A stretch of DNA of 47,462 nucleotides from positions 337,230 through 384,691 of the forward strand of contig JBMORT010000002.1 in NCBI GenBank assembly GCA_049319825.1. The letters run 5' to 3'. The notes under the pieces are model-generated. The model did no database searches and was not told the DNA's origin. It worked only from the letters and a program-made list of their open reading frames with translations. The stretch's first letter is position 1; each line of letters starts with the position of its first letter. The position numbers were made by a program, and so were the translations under genes. The stretch is from Patescibacteria group bacterium (GTDB lineage: Bacteria; Patescibacteriota; Patescibacteriia; UBA11705; DATKZF01). Of the stretch, positions 30,425 to 39,607 are shown piece by piece.

Positions 30425-30877
30425 CTAATACTGCTTCATCGCTCTTTCTATCTGTCGTTTGGCCTCTCGTTCTTTGATCGTTTTTTTCTTTTCGTATTTT
30501 TTCTTTCCTTTGGCCACGCAGAATTCCAATTTGATGCGATTGTGCTTAGTATACACCCGAAGCGGTATTAATGTCAAGCCTTTTTGCTTTAAAAGTCCTA
30601 TTAATTTACTGATTTCTTTTTTATGCAAAAGCAGTTTTCTCGATGCTGTCGGATCATAGCTAGGTTGACTGCCAGCAGGTTTATATTTGGAAATATGCGC
30701 GTTAGTTAAGTACACCTCGGTTTGCGGGGTGTGCTTGATGGTGACGATTGAGCCTTTCAAATTGATCTGCCCGGCCTTGATTGATTTTACCTCCGGGCCG
30801 GTTAAAACCAAGCCGGCCTCGAATTTTTCGAGGATGTCGTAATCGAATTTCGCTTGTTTATTGATCACCGGTTTCAT
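30425..30877 (-). CDS. smpB: SsrA-binding protein SmpB
   Basis: 150 aa with the GLVLTGPEVKS, LLLHKKEI and basic C-terminal tail hallmarks. Confidence 0.95.
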   Translation of the reverse strand: MKPVINKQAKFDYDILEKFEAGLVLTGPEVKSIKAGQINLKGSIVTIKHTPQTEVYLTNAHISKYKPAGSQPSYDPTASRKLLLHKKEISKLIGLLKQKGLTLIPLRVYTKHNRIKLEFCVAKGKKKYEKKKTIKEREAKRQIERAMKQY

Positions 30878-30925
30878 AGATGATTTTTATGGTCGCGCTA
30901 TTATTATATGAATTTTTTTAAAAAT

Positions 30926-31168
30926 AAGAAAGGACAAGAGGGACAACAGGTAGGGAGGATAGAAGGAGGGGAGAAAAGCAGATGATGGGGTGGTAGGGAT
31001 TTGGAAAGGAAGGAAAAATGTGAAGGGTAGGTAGATGGGGGGGGCGACAAGCATGGGATTGGGGTTGGGGGGGGGTCACATTGTTTTCTTCTTTTTTTGC
31101 CTACTGGCTGCTTTCTTTTCCTTTTTTCCTCTGTATGATTTCTTTCCTGTTGTTTCTTGTCCTTGTTT
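30926..31168 (+). other. Strand-asymmetric hairpin of ~243 nt: purine-rich 5' arm, pyrimidine-rich 3' arm, G-run apex
   Basis: Base pairing of AAGGACAAGAGG..CAACAGG (30930-30950) with CCTGTTGTTTCTTGTCCTT (31146-31164). Further inward pairing works only with G:U pairs. TGTGA (31019-31023) pairs with TCACA (31076-31080) to close an apex containing G8, G3, G4 and G9 runs. Confidence 0.55.
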
Positions 31169-31195
31169 TCTTAATGTGCTTTAGAAGGGAAGGCT

Positions 31196-31352
31196 TGTGC
31201 CCAATTCCAACCTCGAAAGGCTAGAACTAGACAGCAATACATTTAAGTATTTACAAGCATTCGTCCCCCCTAAAGGGGGCTCTACGCCCCTCTTGGGCAC
31301 ATGTTCGGAATGAACTGGGTATTATAGTCTGTCCCGAATATTTGCCCAAGAG
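31196..31352. other. Three-segment mutually exclusive pairing element
   Basis: TGTGCCCAA (31196-31204) pairs with TTGGGCACA (31293-31301). CTCTTGGGCA (31290-31299) pairs with TGCCCAAGAG (31343-31352). CCCCC-taaa-GGGGG lies between, at 31266-31279. Confidence 0.45.
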
Positions 31353-31553
31353 AAACGCGGCCGATAAAATGAACAAACACTTTAATAGTGCATATTAGCA
31401 AAAAAGAATGATTTTGTCAAGTCGTTTTTTATTGTTGTTATTACTTTGTCTAATTTTAGGTAAAAAATGGTCAAAGCGATCACTAAAATTTTTGCGGCTT
31501 GGAAATAAAATAAAATGTGATGTATAATAAAAACGAGGAGGATTTTTTGATAT

Positions 31554-32606
31554 ATGAAACAATATAAAACTTTTAGCATTTCATTTATTTCCATCGTGAA
31601 ATTTTTTATCGTGCTGATCAGTCTTTATTTTTTGTATTTGATCAAAGATGTTCTGGCGCTGGTGTTTGTCTCTCTCATTTTCGCCTCCGCTATCGATTCA
31701 TGGGTCGATTGGCTTCAGAATAAAAAAGTACCGCGAGGCGTGAGCGTGCTGATCATTTATTTATTGGCGGTCGGAATAGTCGGCTCAGCCGTTGCTTTGG
31801 TGGTGCCGCCGATCATTTCGCAGTTGATGGATTTAACCAATAATTTCCCCACCTATTATGAAAGAGTCAGGGAGGTGTTTTCATTTTTTCAGGAATATTC
31901 GGCCAAATTCGGTTTTCAGCAAATTTCGCCGTCCAATTCATCTATCAGTTCAAATTTGGGTGGCGCCGCTTCCAGCATTATCTCGACTTTAGCCAATGTG
32001 TTTGGCGGCGTCGTTTCGTTTTTGGTCGTCTTGGTAATAACTTTTTACATGACCGTTGAGGAAAATTCCATTAAAAGAACAATTCGATCGCTGGTGCCCT
32101 CGAAATATCAAGAGTTGATTGTCATGCTGATCAATAAAATTCAGAATAAAATCGGCAAGTGGCTTAAGGGACAATTAGTACTGTGTTTGATAATCGGCGT
32201 GCTGACATACATTGGTTTGCTTATTCTCGGCGTCAAGTACGCTTTGGTGTTGGCGTTGATCGCCGCTCTCGGCGAATTTATACCGTACATTGGACCGGTA
32301 ATCAGCGCCATTCCGGCAATCTTTTTGGCTTTTTCCCAATCTCCGATCAAAGCGCTGTTCGTGCTGATTTTATTTGTCGTGATCCAGCAAGTGGAAAATC
32401 ATTTATTGGTGCCAAAAATTATGCAAAAAGCGGTCGGCTTGAATCCTGTTGTCAGCGTCATCGCGCTATTGATCGGCGCCAAAGTCGGTGGAGTGCTCGG
32501 CGCGGTTTTAGCCATTCCGGTGGCGACGGCGCTCAGCATAATCATCCGAGAGGTGTTTGAGGAAAAGGAATCATTAACCAAGGATAAAGAAGAGCCGGCC
32601 GGTTAA
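31554..32606 (+). CDS. AI-2E family transporter (PerM/YhhT-like)
   Basis: 350 aa, about 8 TM helices, conserved GEFIPYIGPVISAIPA block. Confidence 0.9.
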   Translation: MKQYKTFSISFISIVKFFIVLISLYFLYLIKDVLALVFVSLIFASAIDSWVDWLQNKKVPRGVSVLIIYLLAVGIVGSAVALVVPPIISQLMDLTNNFPTYYERVREVFSFFQEYSAKFGFQQISPSNSSISSNLGGAASSIISTLANVFGGVVSFLVVLVITFYMTVEENSIKRTIRSLVPSKYQELIVMLINKIQNKIGKWLKGQLVLCLIIGVLTYIGLLILGVKYALVLALIAALGEFIPYIGPVISAIPAIFLAFSQSPIKALFVLILFVVIQQVENHLLVPKIMQKAVGLNPVVSVIALLIGAKVGGVLGAVLAIPVATALSIIIREVFEEKESLTKDKEEPAG

Positions 32607-32607
32607 T

Positions 32608-33369
32608 ATGTTTATTGTATATAAGCTTTTTCAAATAATATCACCGTTGTCGCTGGCGTTGGTTTTGGAAATTATTTTTTTCTCCAAAACGCCGCTGGCA
32701 GTTTTATTGCCAGTCACATTATTGATTACCGCCTCAGCCGTCTGGCTTTATCATCGATTCAAATTCACTGCTGAATTCTTTAGCTTCCTGATCAGCCCGC
32801 TTGTCTTTGTGGCGGTCACCATTCTCTTCGCTTTGTTTATTGATAAAACATGGCTGTATCACCTGTATGCTGGTTTTGTGGCGATATTCTTGTTTGTTTA
32901 TTTGGGGCGCATGTTGGATTATAAATTTTATCCGACCAGATATCAGCCCTATTCCCTGGAAAATTTTTCCTGGTACATGGCGATGCTTTCCACGTTTTTA
33001 TTTTTTTCCTTTGCCTTTGGCTTAATAATTTTTTTAAAAATGAAATTGCTCTTCCTGGCGCTAATCGTGCTGGCGTTCAGCTTGTTGCTCTTGTATCAAA
33101 TATTTTGGATAAATAAAATTCAGTTCGCGGATAGTCATGTATTCATCGTGGCCATCGCCGTGGTGCTGGTCGAGCTGTTCGCGGCCATATATTATTTGCC
33201 GACCGGATTTTACGTCAACGCGTTTATTCTAACTGTCGCTTTTTATCTGATGACCGGTTTGGCGAGAGCGTTTTTATCAGGCAGCCTCGATAAAAAGAAA
33301 ATTATTAATTTTTTGGCCATCAGTGCCGTTTGCTTGGTCGCCATATTGGCCACGGCGCGATGGATATAA
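32608..33369 (+). CDS. Hypothetical polytopic membrane protein (253 aa)
   Basis: Starts 2 nt after the previous stop. About 7 hydrophobic helices. Confidence 0.7.
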   Translation: MFIVYKLFQIISPLSLALVLEIIFFSKTPLAVLLPVTLLITASAVWLYHRFKFTAEFFSFLISPLVFVAVTILFALFIDKTWLYHLYAGFVAIFLFVYLGRMLDYKFYPTRYQPYSLENFSWYMAMLSTFLFFSFAFGLIIFLKMKLLFLALIVLAFSLLLLYQIFWINKIQFADSHVFIVAIAVVLVELFAAIYYLPTGFYVNAFILTVAFYLMTGLARAFLSGSLDKKKIINFLAISAVCLVAILATARWI

Positions 33370-33371
33370 TT

Positions 33372-34514
33372 ATGAGCAATTTAGAAAAAAAGAAATTTAC
33401 CGTTTATCAAATAATAACAGTAATTTTAATCGCGGTATTTTGCGGCTTCTCTGCCGGATTAGTCGGCGAAATCTGGATCAGCGATTTTATAAAAAACGGC
33501 AAAGTGGAAAAAGAAAAAATAGAATCTTTGTCCGATCGGCTCGACGCGCTGACTCAAAAGCAAGAAAAAAGGCTAAAGGATATTTTAGCGGAAAAAGATT
33601 CGTCAATCAACCAGACTATCGATCAGATCAGGCCGACGATCGTCAGCTTTTACAAATTCAAACCGCAAACTGGCAACTGGAGCGATATTTTGTTGGATCA
33701 AGATATTACCGGTTTGGGAACGGTGCTGACTACCGATGGTTGGATCCTGACCGATAAGGCGGTATTGGCCGGAGACACCAATCAGATAGCGGTTTCTTTT
33801 GAAAAGAAAATTTATGCCGTCGTCAATTATGTCTGTGACAGCGCGACCACGGCATGTTTTGTGAAAATCGACGCCCAAGATTTGCCGGTCGTTAATTTAA
33901 CCTCACGGGAATTTATGACCAGCGGCCAAACGGTGCTGGCCGTTTCCGCGGATTTGATCTTTCCGACAAGCATCGAGTGTTTGTATTGCTCCGTGGCAAA
34001 GACCAGATCGGATTTAATTCGTTCATCGGAAAAATATTATCAATTCATAAAACTGATCGAACCGTTGAACGATAATTGGCTGGGAGCGCCGATCGTCAAT
34101 TTGGATGGTCAGCTGGTCGGCGTTTTAAGCTCGGATAACGTGGTGGTGGCGGTGGATAATATTCAGTCGATAATGAAACAGGCGATCTCTTCCGGCGCGA
34201 TCACCAGAAATTTTTTGGGCGTGTCATACATAGATTTAAGCGAAGCGGTCGGCTGGCAAAAATATGCCGATTATAAACAGGGAGCGCTGCTTTTTGGCGT
34301 TGATGGCTCGCCGGCGGTAATGTCCGCCAGCCCGGCGCAATTGGCCGGGCTGAAATCGGGCGACATTATTTTATCCATTGAAGACGAGTTGATAACGGAT
34401 AAGAGTTCATTAACCAAAATAATTCAGAGCTATAAAAGCGGGCAGGAGGTTAAAATAAAAATTATGCGTCAGGGACAGCCGCTTGAGGTGAACGCGGTAT
34501 TAACGGAAATGTAA
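33372..34514 (+). CDS. HtrA/DegP-like trypsin-fold plus PDZ protein lacking the catalytic triad
   Basis: N-terminal TM, trypsin-like blocks and a C-terminal PDZ (LAGLKSGDIILSIEDE...). Catalytic positions read TDKAV (for TNAHV), TTAC (for tDlA) and NWLGAP (for GNSGGP). Start taken at ATG 33372, after the upstream stop. Confidence 0.8.
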   Translation: MSNLEKKKFTVYQIITVILIAVFCGFSAGLVGEIWISDFIKNGKVEKEKIESLSDRLDALTQKQEKRLKDILAEKDSSINQTIDQIRPTIVSFYKFKPQTGNWSDILLDQDITGLGTVLTTDGWILTDKAVLAGDTNQIAVSFEKKIYAVVNYVCDSATTACFVKIDAQDLPVVNLTSREFMTSGQTVLAVSADLIFPTSIECLYCSVAKTRSDLIRSSEKYYQFIKLIEPLNDNWLGAPIVNLDGQLVGVLSSDNVVVAVDNIQSIMKQAISSGAITRNFLGVSYIDLSEAVGWQKYADYKQGALLFGVDGSPAVMSASPAQLAGLKSGDIILSIEDELITDKSSLTKIIQSYKSGQEVKIKIMRQGQPLEVNAVLTEM

Positions 34515-34536
34515 TTAATCTCGGCCGCCCGAGGCT

Positions 34537-35328
34537 ATGAGCAACAGATCAACAGCTAAAAACAAAAAAAACTATCTAAATTTGAAATTGTACGCCGCGC
34601 TGACTACGGTTATTTTAATTCTGGCCGTTGTTTTTTCACTTGTCTTTTTGACATTCAAATATTCGGCGCAGACCAGCGTTATTGTCGTGCCAAAGGGGAG
34701 CATCGAGCCAGATGCGGTGACCGCCGGATTGATATCCGATCGGCTGGCCAGCAATTTGGCGGAAGTCGTTTATACTTCGAGGTTTTTTTATCAAACAATG
34801 GATGCCGGCTACCAAGTGCCGATGGATTTATTCTCCAATGACGAAAAAATTAGGCGCCAGCAGTGGCAAGCGGCGGTCAGCGCCCGAGTCCGTCCGGAAA
34901 CCGGAATTTTGGATATTATCGTTTATCATAAAGACAGCCGCGTCGCGGGCGAATTGGCTAACGCCATCGCTTATTCGCTGACACTTCATGGCTCAGAATA
35001 CACCGGCCTTCAAAACACGGAGGTGAGGATTATCGACGCCGCGATCGTTTCGGAATTTCCGGTTAAGCCCAACATAATGATTGTTTTAGCCATCGGTTTA
35101 TTATTGGGATTAATCGTCAGTTTTTCCGTCTCCATTTTAATAAATGAAAAATCGGCATTACGATCGACGAAGCCGAAAATAAAGGAAGATCTTTTTGAAA
35201 AAGAGAACGTTTCCGAATCACTGGAAACAATCGCCGTTCAGCCGGCGCCGCCGGCGGCATCCAAGACGGAACCGATTTCAGATTTTCCGCCGGAAGTGAT
35301 CGAGACCATGCCGAAAAGTAATAAATGA
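34537..35328 (+). CDS. Wzz/chain-length-determinant-like protein
   Basis: Two TM helices flank a ~150-aa loop. The second TM is preceded by PVKPN, as in PCP/Wzz proteins. Ends in TGA. Confidence 0.55.
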   Translation: MSNRSTAKNKKNYLNLKLYAALTTVILILAVVFSLVFLTFKYSAQTSVIVVPKGSIEPDAVTAGLISDRLASNLAEVVYTSRFFYQTMDAGYQVPMDLFSNDEKIRRQQWQAAVSARVRPETGILDIIVYHKDSRVAGELANAIAYSLTLHGSEYTGLQNTEVRIIDAAIVSEFPVKPNIMIVLAIGLLLGLIVSFSVSILINEKSALRSTKPKIKEDLFEKENVSESLETIAVQPAPPAASKTEPISDFPPEVIETMPKSNK

Positions 35329-35449
35329 AATGTCCGCCAATGGCGGATCAGCCGCTGATTTTAAAAGCAAAATATCGAGTCCCGCTGAAGCGGGACATTT
35401 TTAAAATATAAAAAACAGCAGTAAGCTTGGCTGACCGCTGTTCGGTTTT

Positions 35450-36430
35450 TTATCTTCTTGGCGATGCCAGTTGACGAGCACGGATCATTTCTACCGGGCT
35501 GCGTCTTTGGCATTGCACGCTCAAATCATTCAGCTGGTATTGAAGGCTTCGCTGGTTTTGAGCCAGTCCGCCGATCATTCTGTAGATGTTTTCTTGAAAT
35601 TCGCTCAGCACCAGCGCAAACTGGCGGTTGTTTAGAAACGCGCCATAGAATTCCGGCGAGTTATTGGCATCGGGCGCGGTCAGGAAATTCAGCAGCCAAA
35701 TGCTCTGGAACATGCTCAGCGAGTAGAGCGGCCTTAGCCAGTCGCCGGAGAAGATCACCCCGGTAAAGTATTGCGCGGCCAGCTCCAGCGATTTGAACAG
35801 GGAAAACGATAGATAGCCGTTGCGTCTGGCCTTAAGGTAACGCTCAACTTTTATTTTCAGCGCCGGGCTCATGCCCTTGATCACCGCAGGGATCTGATTT
35901 AGGATTTCCTCCTTTACTCGCCAATCTGCTTGACTGTCGGGCGTAACCAGTCTGATGTATTCGCCGGGCTTGATTTCATCGGCAATTTCCCAGTTAAAGT
36001 CGCCATTGACCTGCTGAGGGTATTCGGTACCGTCCGTCGTATACACGTGGGCGAAAATGTCCGACTGGTCGTGCGAAACTAAAATGATTCGAGCTTGCGC
36101 GTTGACCAATTGAGCCATTGTTCTCGGAATCGGCGCGTAAAGTTTGGCTGATAACTCCCCGTGAATTCTAATGCGATAGGCCCAGAATTCATTGATCTCA
36201 CCGCCTTGAAGCCGTACTAGAACCTTCCAGCGAAACCCGGCTTCACCGATAGTCAGCCGAGCCAATCCATTGCCCGGCTTGATTTGGTATTCAACCATTA
36301 CATATTCCTGGAGTCGTGGCAGTTCTTCCGGAATCCAGGCTTCTTCCGGGTTGTTTAGCCCGTATTTTGGGCCGCAGCCGTACAGTAGCCAAGAAACGGC
36401 CAAACATCCCGCCCTCAAGTAACTGAGCAT
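35450..36430 (-). CDS. Hypothetical lipoprotein
   Basis: AAGGAGA lies 7 nt before the ATG at 36430 (the track ORF starts 30 nt earlier). Signal peptide with lipobox LLYGC. This is the first gene of the higher-GC block. Confidence 0.65.
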   Translation of the reverse strand: MLSYLRAGCLAVSWLLYGCGPKYGLNNPEEAWIPEELPRLQEYVMVEYQIKPGNGLARLTIGEAGFRWKVLVRLQGGEINEFWAYRIRIHGELSAKLYAPIPRTMAQLVNAQARIILVSHDQSDIFAHVYTTDGTEYPQQVNGDFNWEIADEIKPGEYIRLVTPDSQADWRVKEEILNQIPAVIKGMSPALKIKVERYLKARRNGYLSFSLFKSLELAAQYFTGVIFSGDWLRPLYSLSMFQSIWLLNFLTAPDANNSPEFYGAFLNNRQFALVLSEFQENIYRMIGGLAQNQRSLQYQLNDLSVQCQRRSPVEMIRARQLASPRR

Positions 36431-36507
36431 GTCCGGTCTCCTTTTTTTATCAATAAACATTAAATTTTATCATATTTTACTGTTTTTGTCAAAGCGATCG
36501 GCTATTA

Positions 36508-36536
36508 TTGACTTTTGATGAACATTCTGTTACGTT
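36508..36536 (+). promoter_or_regulatory. Candidate promoter TTGACT-17-TACGTT
   Basis: Hexamers at 36508-36513 and 36531-36536. ATGAACATT occurs twice just downstream. Confidence 0.4.
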
Positions 36537-36571
36537 GAAATGAACATTGAAAATAAAAAAAGGAGGAAATC

Positions 36572-38407
36572 ATGCCCAGATTTCGGTTCGATGACGAAGA
36601 CGGGTTGAAAAGGGCCGGTCAGCCGGAAGCAACGGTTGATCAAGGTCAACTAGAGCATGATACTCAACCGGAGATGAAAGCGGTCGTCGCAGACCCAAGC
36701 ACCACGTCCGAGACGGCGGTCGTTTTGGACGCACCGGCTCCGGCGGTCGTATCAGCGCTCGCCGCGATTGATCCTAATTCGTCTGAATTTCTCGATTTGG
36801 AAATCACTCAGGAAATTGTGGATAATTGGCAGGGCAATTGCCCGAAAGAAGATTGCGATGGGAAATTGATTTTATTGGCCGAAGGAAAAAAAGATCAGCC
36901 GGCAATTTACATTTGCAGCCAGCGGCGCTGTGGATTCAATGTTAAGATCGGTGAGAAAATGCACCAGGCATTTATCAAAAATGGCCAGGACTGTCCTGTC
37001 TGCGGACATCGAATGGTTAAATATGAAAATACCGAAGGTGAGAGCGGACATTATTGCTTGTATTGCGTAAGAAAAAAGTACGAAGCCATGATGACCGAAC
37101 AGGCTGCTGAAGTTAATCACCCGGGAAATAGTCACCCGGTCGATAAAACCGATAACGTTGAGGAGCCACCTGTTGATCGTGCGATGCCCGCAGCTCAGGA
37201 GCCGGAAGCGGCCCCAGCTATTACCGATATTTCGGATGAAGATGTGTTGGCCTCGATTGATGTGGGATCCTCCTCTCCCGGGCCGGGGATGACTCATGCC
37301 ACCGACGCGGAGGCGGCTGTCCCGAATATTGTCGTTGACGTCGGCCCGGCTGAACGAATGCCTTCGGGTAACAGCGGCGCAGCAGCGCCGGCACCGAGTA
37401 GCGCGGATGCCCCCGAATTGCTGGAAATCAAAAAAGCGCTGGAAGTGATGAAGGACATTCGTCAGGGACTGATTACCATGAAGCGTGACATGTCCAAAGG
37501 CATGTCTGTGGAAATCGATGCCAAGCTTGAAGCGGTTGAACAGCGGTTGCTCGGCATGATCAATAAAAAGGATGATAAATTGCGAGACCTGCAGCAGTCC
37601 TTTGATCAATTGATCCAACAGATGCACGAATTGGAGCAAAGACTGGCCGATGAAGCCGCTTTCTTTGCCAGAGAACCTTCGGATCAGCGCTCAGAAGCGG
37701 TGGTGCTGGGCGAAAGTCTGGCCCGATCTCACAAGCGTCATAGTTATTATTTGATGAGTTTGGCCGCTGGATTGACCTTTGTGATCGTGTGGCTTATTTT
37801 TGGCGCCTATTTGTCTGACAAGCGGTATAATGAGCTGGTGACCGAAACACGCAAAAATCGGGATTTGCCGACAACAACCGAGCCGGATTGGGACAAATTC
37901 TGGGGCGAGTGTTCGCAAAGCGCTAATTGCCGCAAATTGATTGATCAAACCGTTGGCCGATCGATTGACGCCAGCCGTATCGAGGCCAACATTCGTGCTC
38001 AATCGATCGCGGACATCGAACGCGAATGCGATGTCATGTCTCTTCTGTTTATTGACAATGATCGATTGAATTACGCGGCTTTGTCCAATCGGCTCAGCCA
38101 GCTCGAATCAAAAAATTGGTCCGAATGCTGTTTCTCGCCGGCGCCAACCGCCAGCCAATCCTGGTCCGCTGGCCAGTCCGAGGCGCCGGCACCCGTGTCC
38201 ATGCCTGTTTCTCGGCCGGAGAATCGGGCACATCCCCTGATCCGTCAACCGGATTCACCGCGAATTTCTTCGGGCAAAAAACCTGTGGTCATCAGTGGAA
38301 AAAAGCCGTTTGACGGTATTGTCAACGGTGTTCGGGTACGCTACAAGTGCGAAGGCCTGGGCTGTGATCAGCAAATGATCACTGTCAATCCGCCATCGCG
38401 CAAATAA
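36572..38407 (+). CDS. Bitopic membrane protein: two N-terminal zinc ribbons, coiled coil, one TM, Cys-containing C-terminal domain
   Basis: AAAGGAGGAAATC precedes the ATG. Contains CPKEDC...CSQRRC and CPVC...CLYC. Heptad region around residues 290-350. TM helix YYLMSLAAGLTFVIVWLIFGAYL. Confidence 0.75.
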   Translation: MPRFRFDDEDGLKRAGQPEATVDQGQLEHDTQPEMKAVVADPSTTSETAVVLDAPAPAVVSALAAIDPNSSEFLDLEITQEIVDNWQGNCPKEDCDGKLILLAEGKKDQPAIYICSQRRCGFNVKIGEKMHQAFIKNGQDCPVCGHRMVKYENTEGESGHYCLYCVRKKYEAMMTEQAAEVNHPGNSHPVDKTDNVEEPPVDRAMPAAQEPEAAPAITDISDEDVLASIDVGSSSPGPGMTHATDAEAAVPNIVVDVGPAERMPSGNSGAAAPAPSSADAPELLEIKKALEVMKDIRQGLITMKRDMSKGMSVEIDAKLEAVEQRLLGMINKKDDKLRDLQQSFDQLIQQMHELEQRLADEAAFFAREPSDQRSEAVVLGESLARSHKRHSYYLMSLAAGLTFVIVWLIFGAYLSDKRYNELVTETRKNRDLPTTTEPDWDKFWGECSQSANCRKLIDQTVGRSIDASRIEANIRAQSIADIERECDVMSLLFIDNDRLNYAALSNRLSQLESKNWSECCFSPAPTASQSWSAGQSEAPAPVSMPVSRPENRAHPLIRQPDSPRISSGKKPVVISGKKPFDGIVNGVRVRYKCEGLGCDQQMITVNPPSRK

Positions 38408-38435
38408 GGACTTTAATCAAATTAAGTCCTTTTTT
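38406..38435 (+). terminator. Rho-independent terminator
   Basis: AAGGACTT-taatcaaatt-AAGTCCTT followed by TTTT. Confidence 0.6.
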
Positions 38436-38504
38436 ATTGGATTAAAAAAAATTTGAAGCTAAAGACTGCGGCTGATCATTTTACTTCTGTCAGCTTCTTA
38501 ACTT

Positions 38505-38533
38505 TTGACTTTTTTGGTAATCTGTGCTATATT
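38505..38533 (+). promoter_or_regulatory. Promoter TTGACT-17-TATATT
   Basis: Hexamers at 38505-38510 and 38528-38533. Confidence 0.5.
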
Positions 38534-38567
38534 TTTATGTTAAACGTTCATTAAAAAGAGGAAAGGA

Positions 38568-39227
38568 ATGCAGATGACTGAAAATAAGTCAGTTGCTGAA
38601 ACGACGCCAACTCGTGGTTTTGATTTTGCCGGTCTTTTCGGAGATGAAAGAAACGACCAGGTGAATCCCCCGACTGAAGATGAAGCCGCGATTTTCATCA
38701 AAGAAGCGCGTCAGGCCAATACGCGAATCAATGAGCTGGAGGCGCGCCTGGAGAAATTGATCAAGTTTGTTCGGGATTATTTGCAGAATTTGACCCAAAA
38801 TGATTCTCATAAAGAGGGGAAAGGGGATGATGTTTCCAGGGAAATCACTGATCTTCGAGCGGTGCTGGACGCATTAAAATCCCAGCTCCAGTACCAAGAA
38901 ACGAAGTATGCGGAAGGCCTGAATCAGTCCACGCAGGCTGTTGTCGGGCTTCACGATACGCTGACAGTCAAGCTGGAGGCGATTGACGCGGCCATCGCTG
39001 AATTGCGGGCAAAAGGCGAAGAAAACGCCCAAACTCAGCGGATTCGTACCATTCTCGATGAAGAGCTGAGAAAGCTCACGGTGCCCACGCCTGCTCCTCC
39101 GCAGCCCGATCCCAAAGCCAAGGGTGGCGCGACAAACGGGAACGGAGTGTTTCTCTACGGCACCATGGCCATTCTTGCTTCGCTTCTTCTTTTGGCTGCG
39201 GTGTTGTGGCTGAAGGGTGGCATTTAG
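38568..39227 (+). CDS. Tail-anchored coiled-coil protein (219 aa)
   Basis: GAGG lies 6 nt before the ATG. Long helical heptad region, a Pro-rich linker, and a C-terminal TM helix (FLYGTMAILASLLLLAAVLWL). Confidence 0.7.
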   Translation: MQMTENKSVAETTPTRGFDFAGLFGDERNDQVNPPTEDEAAIFIKEARQANTRINELEARLEKLIKFVRDYLQNLTQNDSHKEGKGDDVSREITDLRAVLDALKSQLQYQETKYAEGLNQSTQAVVGLHDTLTVKLEAIDAAIAELRAKGEENAQTQRIRTILDEELRKLTVPTPAPPQPDPKAKGGATNGNGVFLYGTMAILASLLLLAAVLWLKGGI

Positions 39228-39256
39228 CGCGTTTTTCAAAGAAAAGCGCGCTTTTA
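39226..39256 (+). terminator. Rho-independent terminator
   Basis: AGCGCGTTTTTC...GAAAAGCGCGCT followed by TTTT. Confidence 0.55.
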
Positions 39257-39335
39257 TTATTTGATTAGAAAAATTTACAATGTTAGTTATATGATATTCA
39301 ACTTAAATTCGACATAATTTTAATGTTACTTCTTC

Positions 39336-39408
39336 CCAATTTCGGCTCGCGCCGACCTACTTTTTGTAACCCTTCGGCTACGCTCAGGGCAGGCCAAAAA
39401 GTAGGCAA
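39336..39408. repeat. 73-bp repeat, copy A (identical to 44811-44883)
   Basis: CCAATTTCGGCTCGCGCCGACCTACTTTTTGTAACCCTTCGGCTACGCTCAGGGCAGGCCAAAAAGTAGGCAA. Contains TCGGC-tcgc-GCCGA and a 12-bp stem, CCTACTTTTTGG-type, formed with CCAAAAAGTAGG. Confidence 0.9.
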
Positions 39409-39413
39409 AAAGT

Positions 39414-39484
39414 TTTGGGGGGCTTCAAATTCTTGTCGACGATAACGTAATAATATCGCGCCGTGGGCAATGAAGCCCCCCAAA
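39414..39484. repeat. Perfect 14-bp inverted repeat with a 43-nt spacer
   Basis: TTTGGGGGGCTTCA (39414-39427) and TGAAGCCCCCCAAA (39471-39484). Confidence 0.7.
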
Positions 39485-39607
39485 CCCCCAATGCTATAAA
39501 CGAACGATTGGTTCATAAAAAATCCCGAAATGTTTTTTTCAGTCTTTGAATAAAAAAATGATTCGTGATAATTTACGTAAATTTAGAGGTATTTTATACT
39601 TCGCGCA

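Noticed and set aside
35300-35500. Chimeric assembly as the sole explanation for the GC shift
   Set aside because: Not fully excluded without reads. It is unlikely, because AT-rich intergenic regions with the same promoter and terminator style as the core recur throughout the island, and the GC shift is confined to coding segments.
39298-39516. 72-aa and 70-aa minus-strand ORFs (also 44671-44883) sharing PTFWPALSVAEGLQKVGRREPKL
   Set aside because: The shared peptide is the translation of the 73-bp structured repeat. There are no start signals, and the flanks are unrelated.
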